DNA of 64,000 bases, taken from positions 53,046-117,045 of the forward strand of contig JAURFD010000005.1 of the NCBI GenBank assembly GCA_030827125.1, read 5' to 3'. This stretch comes from Candidatus Nanopelagicales bacterium. GTDB lineage: Bacteria > Actinomycetota > Actinomycetes > S36-B12. The position numbers were made by a program, and so were the translations under genes. This document shows, in pieces, positions 56,659-64,000 of the stretch. Below the pieces are notes generated by a model. The model saw nothing but the letters and a program-made list of their open reading frames with translations. It was not told where the DNA came from and did not search any database. Each line of letters begins with the position of its first letter. Within the stretch, counting starts at the first letter, position 1.

Positions 56659-57993
56659 ATGCTGTCCTTCGGCCTACGCGTACGCGTGGTCGTGAGTTTT
56701 GCCATTTTGTCGCTGGCCGTCGCCGCGGCCGTCTCCGGTGCGACGTACGTCATTGCGAGTTGGTACCTGACCGGGGAGCGGTCGGACTCAGCGCTCATTC
56801 GCGCCTCGCTTGATGCGCGTGCGGTCAACTCAGCACTCGCCGCGGGATCTCGGCCGGGTGAGGCTCTCGCGGTCATCCCGGTCGTCGATGGCTCGCAGCC
56901 GATGCTCCGTGTTGGTGATACTTGGTTCACGTCGACCGTCGCGGTGCCACCGGACTCTCTGCCAGCAGATCTCCTGGCCCAGGCCGAAGCCGAGGGAGCT
57001 CAGCAGCGGATCGAGGTGGCGGGCGATCCCTACCTGGTCATTGGGCTGCCGACGCAGCGCGCGCTCTTCGTCGAGGTTTTCCCGCTACGCACTCTCGATC
57101 GCACCCTCGTTATCGGTGGTTGGGGGCTGGTCGCCGTCACGGTCCTCGCCGGGGCGCTTGGCGCGCTGCTGGGCTGGTACTCAGTGCGCCGGCTGTTGGT
57201 CCCGGTCGATCAACTGGGCAACGGCGCACGCAGCCTGGCCGCGGGCGACCTTGACGTGCGTCTCCCGGCTGCGGGCGATCCCGACCTTGATCCCATTGCC
57301 AGCGCCTTCAACGAGATGGCCGACTCGGTGCAAACCCGCATCGCTCGAGAGCAGCGGTTCGCGGCCAATGTGAGTCACGAGCTCCGTTCGCCGATGACGG
57401 CCATCTCCGGCGTGACCGAACTCCTCGAGGACCGAGCACCGGACATGGACCCACGTGATGCCGGCATCGTGGAGCACTTGGCGCGTCAAGTGCGACGTCT
57501 CTCGCGGATGCTCATCGATCTCTTGGAGATCAGCCGCATGACAGCGGCCGAGAACGTCGAGGTCGAACCCGTCGACGTGGCCCGGATGCTGACGCAGATC
57601 CTGCAGCAGCATGGTGTGGACCTTGCGATCATGGTGGGTGAGCGACCAGTCGTGCGCACCGATGGTCGGCACCTTGAGCGCGTCTTCGACAACATCGTTC
57701 GCAACGCCGAAAGCCACGGCGCGGGCCTGCGTTGCGTGGAGATCCTGAGTGATAGCCATGCGGTGACGGTGCGCATTCGAGATTCGGGACCCGGGATCGA
57801 TGAGGAACTCGCCAAGCGCCTCTTCGAGCCTTTCGTGCGAGGGGACCAGGCGGATCCGACCTCCGGTGCCGGTCTCGGCATGGCTATCGCGCTCGAACAC
57901 GCTGGCGTTATCCATGCCGGGCTCGAGGTGGGCCGTGCGGAAGAGGGCGGCGCGCAATTTGTCGTGAGCGTCCCGTGGGAGATCTCAGCATGA
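56659..57993 (+). CDS. Sensor histidine kinase (2 TM, HAMP, HisKA, HATPase)
   Basis: H-box NVSHELRSPMTAI and N/G boxes (NIVRNAESHG, DSGPGI, GAGLGMA). Starts 3 nt after the regulator stop. Confidence 0.9.
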   Translation: MLSFGLRVRVVVSFAILSLAVAAAVSGATYVIASWYLTGERSDSALIRASLDARAVNSALAAGSRPGEALAVIPVVDGSQPMLRVGDTWFTSTVAVPPDSLPADLLAQAEAEGAQQRIEVAGDPYLVIGLPTQRALFVEVFPLRTLDRTLVIGGWGLVAVTVLAGALGALLGWYSVRRLLVPVDQLGNGARSLAAGDLDVRLPAAGDPDLDPIASAFNEMADSVQTRIAREQRFAANVSHELRSPMTAISGVTELLEDRAPDMDPRDAGIVEHLARQVRRLSRMLIDLLEISRMTAAENVEVEPVDVARMLTQILQQHGVDLAIMVGERPVVRTDGRHLERVFDNIVRNAESHGAGLRCVEILSDSHAVTVRIRDSGPGIDEELAKRLFEPFVRGDQADPTSGAGLGMAIALEHAGVIHAGLEVGRAEEGGAQFVVSVPWEISA

Positions 57994-58595
57994 GGCGCGC
58001 AGCGGCAACGATGGCCGCCGTAGTGGCGGCGTTGGGACTCGTGGCCTGCGGTGTTCGCGTAGACGCTTCGCCGCAGCCGGTCCCGTCAGGAGCGCTGCCC
58101 GCGCCGTCACCGACGGCGTCGCCGACCGATTCTCCGACCGATGTTCCCGCGCGTACGGTCCGCCTGTGGTTCGTGCGCGAGGACGGACTCGTGCCGGTTC
58201 TTGCCGAATTCCCTGGCGGTGATGAGTTCGGACCCGCGAGCATCATCAGTGGCCTCACGAACGGCCCAGATGCAGCACAGTCCGAGGAAGGCGTCCGCAC
58301 CGTGGTGCGCGATCCCCTGACCGAGGAGTCATTGGTATCCGTTCCGGAAGAGGACGGGATCACCGAGAGTGGATCCGTCATCGTCATCATCACGCCGGAG
58401 GTTGCGGCGCTGCCGCCGGGGGAGCAGGTCCTCATGCTGGGTCAGGTCGTGCTCAGCATCACCGGAGCCGGGTACCCCTCGGTCGCGTTCGTCGATAGTG
58501 CAGGTTCACCGGCGGCTGTCCCGCTGCCCGGAGGGCGCCTGCTTGACCGTCCCGCGGTGGCTCGCGACTACGCAGGCTTGATCATCGAGCTCTAG
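57990..58595 (+). CDS. Lipoprotein with a GerMN-like domain
   Basis: Signal peptide with the lipobox LGLVAC. The mature part resembles GerMN (VRLWFVREDGLVPV...). ATGA overlap with the kinase stop. Confidence 0.7.
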   Translation: MRRAAATMAAVVAALGLVACGVRVDASPQPVPSGALPAPSPTASPTDSPTDVPARTVRLWFVREDGLVPVLAEFPGGDEFGPASIISGLTNGPDAAQSEEGVRTVVRDPLTEESLVSVPEEDGITESGSVIVIITPEVAALPPGEQVLMLGQVVLSITGAGYPSVAFVDSAGSPAAVPLPGGRLLDRPAVARDYAGLIIEL

Positions 58596-58663
58596 CGCTG
58601 CTGTCGGGAGTTGTCGGACGTGGAGACCGCCCTGGCTTGCATCCTGGGGATAGTGTGAAAGCG

Positions 58664-59224
58664 ATGACCGAACAGCAGGAGTATCGAGTACTTAAGGCCT
58701 TGGGCGACGTAGAACTCCGCGAGTACGCGTCCTGTGTTGTTGCGGATGTCGTGGCGTCCGGTTCGGCGGAGCAGGCTGGAAGCGCCGCATTTCGGCCGCT
58801 CTTCCAATACATCTCCGGAGCGAACCGAGGCGCCGAATCCTTGGCGATGACCGCGCCGGTGATCCAGCAGTCCACCGGCGAACGACTGGCCATGACGGCG
58901 CCGGTCATTCAGGAGGCTACGGACACTGGTGAATGGACCGTTTCCTTCGTGCTCCCGGCCGGGCGCGACCTAGCGGACTACCCGATCCCCACCGATCAGC
59001 GCGTGTCCCTTCGCGCGGTTCCGGCGGAGACAGTGGCTGCCATTCGCTGGTCAGGACGTTGGACCGAGTCGAACGTCGAGCGCCGTACCGAACAACTTCG
59101 GCGGGTGATTGCCGAGGCAGGTTGGCAAGAAGCTGGGGAGCCTCGCTGGGCCCGTTTTGACCCGCCGTGGAAGCCCCCGTTCCTACGACGAAACGAGATC
59201 GTCATCCCCGTGTCGCTGGGATGA
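58664..59224 (+). CDS. SOUL heme-binding family protein
   Basis: Duplicated LAMTAPVIQ motif and a C-terminal PPWKPPFLRRNEI block typical of SOUL/HBP proteins. An alternative TTG start lies at 58637. Confidence 0.8.
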   Translation: MTEQQEYRVLKALGDVELREYASCVVADVVASGSAEQAGSAAFRPLFQYISGANRGAESLAMTAPVIQQSTGERLAMTAPVIQEATDTGEWTVSFVLPAGRDLADYPIPTDQRVSLRAVPAETVAAIRWSGRWTESNVERRTEQLRRVIAEAGWQEAGEPRWARFDPPWKPPFLRRNEIVIPVSLG

Positions 59225-59283
59225 GGGGCCGAAGACTAGGCACAGGCTGCTCAGGAAGCCACCTTTATGCGTAGGCTCGTGGC

Positions 59284-59748
59284 GTGTCGATCGATGGAGT
59301 GACCACGTGCCTGTGGTTCGACGGTCAGGCCGAGGATGCCGTGCAGTTTTACGTCGCGACCTTCCCGGGCTCCACGATCGTGTCGACCTCCTACTACCCG
59401 ACCGACGCGCAAAGGCCAGAGGGGTCGGTCCTCACGGTCGAGTTCGAACTCTTCGGCCGACCCTTTCTCGCACTGAACGGCGGGCCTCAGTACGCGCATT
59501 CCCACGCCATCAGCTTCCAGGTCTTCTGCGACACGCAGGAGGAGGTGGACCGGCTGTGGGATGCCCTCGTCTCGAACGGTGGCGAGGAGAGTATGTGCGG
59601 GTGGTGCAGCGACCGCTTCGGCGTTAGTTGGCAGATCATCCCGCGGCGGCTTCCTCAGCTGCTCTCAAGTGCAGATGCTGAAGTGGCTCGTCTCGCGACG
59701 GAGCGCATGCTCACCATGCGCAAGATCGTGATCGCCGATCTCGACTAG
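59284..59748 (+). CDS. VOC/glyoxalase-fold protein (PhnB / 3-demethylubiquinone methyltransferase-domain-like)
   Basis: N-terminal CLWFDGQAEDAVQFY and the later CGWCSDRFGVSWQI block typical of this family. GTG start. Confidence 0.8.
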   Translation: MSIDGVTTCLWFDGQAEDAVQFYVATFPGSTIVSTSYYPTDAQRPEGSVLTVEFELFGRPFLALNGGPQYAHSHAISFQVFCDTQEEVDRLWDALVSNGGEESMCGWCSDRFGVSWQIIPRRLPQLLSSADAEVARLATERMLTMRKIVIADLD

Positions 59749-59765
59749 GGGATCCGTGGAGGGCC

Positions 59766-59939
59766 CTATGCGCCGACGTCGGCGGGCGTGCCAGCGGTGA
59801 TGCGCACCAATTCATCGAACGACGTGGGGAAGACGTAGTGCGGGTGGCCGCCGGCCGCCCACACCTCATCGAACTGCGCGAGGTCGACGTCGACGATCGT
59901 GCATAGGGGAGAAGGGTGGGCGATCGGAGCAACGCCGCC
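59766..59939 (-). pseudogene. 3'-terminal remnant of a ybaK/ebsC-like gene (paralog of 62911-63390)
   Basis: Encodes ...GGVAPIAHPSPLCTIVDVDLAQFDEVWAAGGHPHYVFPTSFDELVRITAGTPADVGA, which aligns codon for codon with the last 57 aa of the intact gene. My hand count gives 131/174 nt identical. The N-terminal two thirds are missing and the upstream part of the 86-aa ORF overlaps the mmpL 3' end. Confidence 0.65.
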
Positions 59940-59968
59940 TGTGGCTTCTGCAACTGGTCCTGTCCGGC

Positions 59969-62185
59969 TCAGCCTTCCTGGAGTCCCACGCGAGCATGTA
60001 CCCGCTTCAGCCACGCCGGTGCCCACCAGTTCGCCTTGCCCGCGATGCGCATGAATGACGGCACCAGCAGGGCTCGCACGATGGTCGCGTCGAGCAGGAT
60101 CGCGACGGTGACGCCGAAGCCGAGCTGCTTGATATTGGTCGCCCCGCTTGTCATGAATGCCGCGAAGACGATGGCGATGAGTAGTGCGGCAGCCGTGACG
60201 ATGCGACCCGTCCTTTGCAGGCCGAAGGCGACCGCATCGGTGGTGTCCTTGCCGGCCGCGTGCTCCTCGGTGATGCGGGAGAGCATGAAGAGCTCATAGT
60301 CCATCGAGAGGGCGAAGGCCACGACGCCGATGAGGACCAGCGTGGACATGTCGACCGTCCCCGTGACGGTGTAGTCGCCGGTGAGCCAGGACAGGCGTCC
60401 GTCCTGGAAGACCCACACCAGCACGCCCAGAGCCGCCGACAGGCTGAGCAGGTTGAGCACGAAGGCCTTGACCGGGATGAGCAGGCTGCCGGTGTAGAGG
60501 AAGAGGATCACGAGGGTCGTCAGTGCGAGCCACACCAGCACCCACCAGAAGCGATCGAGGATGCTTTGCGTCGCGTCGGCCGAGTCGGCCGCGACACCGC
60601 CGACAAGTGCCTCCGAGGCCGGTGCGGGGATGGCCCGGATGTCGGCGAGGAGCTGCTCGCCCGCGGGATCGATGGGCGGCACGCTGCCCACTGCGGACAG
60701 GCGTGCATCGCTGCCGGAGGTCCAGGTGATCGGGTCGGGATTGGGTGCGACGACCTGCCCATCGACGATGACGTCCGTGGGCGTCGTGACCCGCTCGACG
60801 TCCTCCAACGCAGAGATCTGCTCGGCGTACGAGCGGATCTCCTCGGCCGAGCCAGCATCGATGAGCACGACCTCGTACGGGGAGCCCTCATTGCCGGGGA
60901 ACTCATCGCGCAGCACCTGTCCCGCCTGTGCGACGGGGTTGTCGGCCGGCAGAGCGCGCTCGTCGACCTGGCCGAAGACGGCGCCGAGTGCGGGTGCGGC
61001 CAGCACGAGGAGGACGGCAACGGATGCGATGAGCACCGGCCAGGGCCGGCGCATGACGAAGCGTGCTAGCCGTGCCCAGCCGCCGTCCTCCTTGGGCGTG
61101 AGGTCGCCGCGGCGCACCTTGAGCTTGTTGATGCGGGGGCCGAGGATCGCGAGCAGTGCGGGGATGGCGGTGAGTGCGCCGAGCACCGCGAAGACGCTCA
61201 CCGCGATGCCGGCGTAACCGAAGGAGCGGAGGAAGTACTGCGGGAAGAACAGCAGCGCGGACAGGGCAACGGCGACGGTGATCCCCGAGACGAACACCGT
61301 CTTGCCGGCCGAGTTCACCGTGGCGGCGACGGCATCCGGCACCGATTTGCCCGCGCCGAGTTCCTCCCTGAAGCGGTTGATGATGAGGAGGGAGTAGTCG
61401 ATGCCGAGAGCCAGGCCCAGACCCGTGACGAGGTTGAGGGAGAAGACTGAGACGTCATTGAAGAGCGAGATGACGTAGAGCGTGAGGAAGCTGCCCAGGA
61501 TCGTGCCGATGGCGACAAGGAAGGGCAGGCCCGCGGCCACGACCGAGCCGAGCACGAAGATGAGCAGGATCGCTGTCAGGGGGACCGCGACGCCCTCGGC
61601 GCGCGCGATATCGCCGGAGATCGTCTCGGTGAAGGCGTTGCCGATGACCTCGCCGCCGAACGCGTAGACGGTGAGGTCTCCCTGCTGGCCCGTGTAGGTA
61701 TCGACGATGTCGGCGGACAGCTGCTCGAGGTCAGCGCCGGAGTCGGCGTAGACGAAGGCCTGTGCCGTGCGTCCGTCGTCGCTGCGCAACTGCGGTGCGC
61801 CGGTCGACCAGTAGGACACGATGCTCTCGACTCCGGGCACGGCGGCGACACCGTCGAGCAGCGCGGTGGCTGCGGCAGCATCGCTGTCGACGTCGGTCGG
61901 TGACTGGATGACGAGGATGACGGCGGCGTCGCTGGCGCCGAATTCGTCCTGGATGTACGCCGCGGCACGCGCCGCCTCGCCGCCCGGATCGATGAAGCCC
62001 TCGCTCTTCATGTTGGCGAAGACCTGCACGCCGAAGATGCCGAAGATCACCGCACTGATGACGTAGCCGATGAGCACCGGCCAGCGGTGGCGTGCCACGA
62101 AGGCCCCGAGTCGGGCGAAAGGAGGCGTCCGACGTGCCGCCGAGGTAATATGCACAGCGTTCATATGCGGAACGTAGCAGGGCAT
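59969..62185 (-). CDS. MMPL family (RND superfamily) membrane transporter
   Basis: 738 aa with two 6-TM bundles and two extracytoplasmic loops. An alternative ATG lies at 62164. Confidence 0.88.
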   Translation of the reverse strand: MPCYVPHMNAVHITSAARRTPPFARLGAFVARHRWPVLIGYVISAVIFGIFGVQVFANMKSEGFIDPGGEAARAAAYIQDEFGASDAAVILVIQSPTDVDSDAAAATALLDGVAAVPGVESIVSYWSTGAPQLRSDDGRTAQAFVYADSGADLEQLSADIVDTYTGQQGDLTVYAFGGEVIGNAFTETISGDIARAEGVAVPLTAILLIFVLGSVVAAGLPFLVAIGTILGSFLTLYVISLFNDVSVFSLNLVTGLGLALGIDYSLLIINRFREELGAGKSVPDAVAATVNSAGKTVFVSGITVAVALSALLFFPQYFLRSFGYAGIAVSVFAVLGALTAIPALLAILGPRINKLKVRRGDLTPKEDGGWARLARFVMRRPWPVLIASVAVLLVLAAPALGAVFGQVDERALPADNPVAQAGQVLRDEFPGNEGSPYEVVLIDAGSAEEIRSYAEQISALEDVERVTTPTDVIVDGQVVAPNPDPITWTSGSDARLSAVGSVPPIDPAGEQLLADIRAIPAPASEALVGGVAADSADATQSILDRFWWVLVWLALTTLVILFLYTGSLLIPVKAFVLNLLSLSAALGVLVWVFQDGRLSWLTGDYTVTGTVDMSTLVLIGVVAFALSMDYELFMLSRITEEHAAGKDTTDAVAFGLQRTGRIVTAAALLIAIVFAAFMTSGATNIKQLGFGVTVAILLDATIVRALLVPSFMRIAGKANWWAPAWLKRVHARVGLQEG

Positions 62186-62235
62186 GTGAACGCCGTCAAC
62201 ATCAATGCCGTCACTGTCTTGGACGGCCCTGATTC

Positions 62236-62835
62236 GTGAGGGGAGTGGTTCCCGTGGCTCGTGCGTACCACCACGGCGCCCTGGCCGAGGCCATGGTCGA
62301 GGAGGCGCTCGCCGCAGTCCGTGAGCACGGTGCCGACCACGTCTCGCTACGGGCTATCGCCCAGGCCCTCGACGTCTCGCCCAGTGCGGCGTACAACCAC
62401 TTCGCGGATAAGGACGCCCTGCTCGTGGCAGTCGGTCAGTGCGGGCTCGCGGCCCTCGACGAGCGCATGGCGCGCGTCCTCGCGGCGCACCCCGGGGACT
62501 CGGACGATGCGGCGCGTGCGCGCTTCGCAGGTCTCGGGCGTGCTTACATCGCGTTCGCCGTCGATGAGCCGAATCTCTTTCGCTTGGTCTTTGGACCTAT
62601 CTGCGCCGAAGCTGACATGGGTCCGGAGTCCTGGACCGGCCCCTACGCCAAGCTTGTGGGAGCCCTTGACGAGCTGAATGACCGGGAAATGCTCGTGGTC
62701 GGCGCGCGCGATGGCCTCGACGTCACGGTGTGGGGTGCGACGCATGGCATCGCGTCGCTGATCATCGAGGGATACCTCCCGCGCGAGGCAGGCGACGCGC
62801 TCGTCGACTCCATGGGTCGACTTGCCCTTCGCTAG
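62236..62835 (+). CDS. TetR/AcrR-family transcriptional regulator
   Basis: N-terminal HTH (VSLRAIAQALDVSPSAAYNHF), 199 aa. Divergent from mmpL across a 50-bp spacer that contains GCCGTCA x2 and CCGTC-N9-GACGG. Confidence 0.88.
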   Translation: MRGVVPVARAYHHGALAEAMVEEALAAVREHGADHVSLRAIAQALDVSPSAAYNHFADKDALLVAVGQCGLAALDERMARVLAAHPGDSDDAARARFAGLGRAYIAFAVDEPNLFRLVFGPICAEADMGPESWTGPYAKLVGALDELNDREMLVVGARDGLDVTVWGATHGIASLIIEGYLPREAGDALVDSMGRLALR

Positions 62836-62910
62836 ATCAGGCCTGCACTGGCTCCGCCGGTTGGCGACGCTTACAACTCGCTTCGCGTCGGTAGTTGGCG
62901 GAATTCGTAC

Positions 62911-63390
62911 TCAGGCGCCGACGTCGGCGGGAGCGCCGCCGGTGATGCGTAGCAATTCGTCGAACGTCGTCGGGAAGACGTAGTGCGGGTGACCGCCCGC
63001 GGCCCACACCTCGTCGAAGTTGCCGAGATCGACATCGACAAGCGTGCGGATCGACGCCGGGTGGCCCACAGGAGCGACCCCGCCAATGGCAAAGCTCGTT
63101 GCCGCGCGCACGTCGTCGGCCGTGGCCTTGCCGACCTCGTCGACACCGAGGATCGCCGCGACCTTGGTGGTGTCGACGCGGTGACCGCCGGATGCAACGA
63201 CGAGCACCGCCTGGCCGTCGGCCATGAAGATCAGTGACGACGCGATCTGGGCGGGCACGATGCCGAGCGCATCCGCCGCCTCCTTCGCCGTGCGTGCTGA
63301 GTCATCGAGTCGGCGTACCTGCCCGGCGACTCCTGCGGAGGCGAGCGCCTCGCGCACGCGGATGACGGATTCTTGCTCCTGCTCAGCCAT
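62911..63390 (-). CDS. YbaK/EbsC-family aminoacyl-tRNA deacylase-like protein
   Basis: 159 aa. By-eye match to the YbaK/prolyl-tRNA editing domain family (KSLIF-like SSLIFMADGQAVLVVASGGHRVD, IGGVAP). Confidence 0.75.
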   Translation of the reverse strand: MAEQEQESVIRVREALASAGVAGQVRRLDDSARTAKEAADALGIVPAQIASSLIFMADGQAVLVVASGGHRVDTTKVAAILGVDEVGKATADDVRAATSFAIGGVAPVGHPASIRTLVDVDLGNFDEVWAAGGHPHYVFPTTFDELLRITGGAPADVGA

Positions 63391-63396
63391 GGGACG

Positions 63397-63987
63397 TCAC
63401 CACGCCCAGTAGTCGCCCAGCGTGCCGGTGAGCCGATCAGCAGTCTTGATCTGGGATGACGTGAGCTTTGGAGGGTTGAGCCCGACGGCCTCGATGGAGA
63501 TCACCTGAATGAACTGGCCCACGCGGCGGAAGGTGTTGTACTCGTGCTCCGCCAGCCCGGACGTGGCGTCGGACGCCGTGGCGACGTGCTTGATCCACGT
63601 GAAGTTCTTGCCCGCGGCCGTCTTGCGGGTGCCGTTGGACAGCTTCTGCGTCAGAGTGAAACCTTCATCCTCGACCGTGTAGGTGCCCGCGCACTTGGTC
63701 GCCGCCTTGCGGATGGCCTTCATCGCCTTGCGCGCGTCGGTCTCGCTGTCGAAGGCGTAGAGCTCTTGCCCGGCCACCGTCTCGACGCGAGACTTCACAG
63801 AAGCGTAGGCAACGACGTACACCTCGGGTGGGCCGTCGACCTCGACCTGCTCCTCTCCCGCCAGGTCGCACAGCCAGAAGTCGTCCGGGCTCTGCTTGGT
63901 GCCCTCGAGGTACTGGAAGTTGCGGACGTGGTTGGCAGCCACGCCGAGGGATGATGCCTGCGCGGTCGTCATCATCCGGGACGACAT
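63397..63987 (-). CDS. Hypothetical protein with two Cys (possible secreted sensor-domain protein); may extend beyond the window
   Basis: 196-aa ORF with high GC3. There is no stop between 63987 and the window end, so the true start may lie outside. I recognise no secure family. Confidence 0.45.
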   Translation of the reverse strand: MSSRMMTTAQASSLGVAANHVRNFQYLEGTKQSPDDFWLCDLAGEEQVEVDGPPEVYVVAYASVKSRVETVAGQELYAFDSETDARKAMKAIRKAATKCAGTYTVEDEGFTLTQKLSNGTRKTAAGKNFTWIKHVATASDATSGLAEHEYNTFRRVGQFIQVISIEAVGLNPPKLTSSQIKTADRLTGTLGDYWAW

Positions 63988-64000
63988 GGTGTCGAGGGAG

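Noticed and set aside
59766-60026. 86-aa ORF as a functional small gene
   Set aside because: Only its C-terminal ~57 aa resemble YbaK, and the catalytic N-terminal part is missing. The upstream part of the ORF overlaps the mmpL 3' end in another frame. It was annotated as a pseudogene remnant instead.

Overview
High-GC (roughly 70% by eye) actinobacterial chromosomal segment, densely coding on both strands (about 65 protein genes). I found no rRNA, tRNA, CRISPR array, transposase or integrase by eye. The backbone is the conserved actinobacterial respiratory and housekeeping neighbourhood: qcrCAB-ctaE, trpD, a DEDD/GIY-YIG nuclease, fadD, an SRPBCC pair, plsC, class II DAHP synthase, a PASTA Ser/Thr kinase, a GT-C mannosyltransferase and a polyprenyl synthase. 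From memory, this gene order matches M. tuberculosis Rv2173-Rv2196. Several accessory modules are interleaved with it. (1) A split carotenoid locus: crtE-crtI-GT-C-crtB, a PPOX gene with crtYc/Yd, and a tailoring operon of alpha/beta hydrolase, CruF-like hydratase, GT2 glycosyltransferase and a membrane protein, followed by a crtD-like gene. (2) An SDR-GntR-FMO-SDR operon with a candidate operator. (3) Two two-component systems, one coupled to a GT87 glycosyltransferase and one to a GerMN-type lipoprotein. (4) A tetR-mmpL cassette flanked by a duplicated ybaK 3' end. (5) The most interesting item: a three-gene operon encoding an H-NOX (heme NO/O2-binding) protein, a PAS-GGDEF(degenerate)-EAL protein and a membrane CHASE-like GGDEF cyclase. 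This is an NO-to-c-di-GMP circuit of a type characterised in Proteobacteria and, to my knowledge, not in Actinobacteria. Operon calls rest heavily on recurrent 4-nt ATGA/GTGA stop-start overlaps read directly from the sequence. Product calls are by-eye motif recognition; no database search was run.
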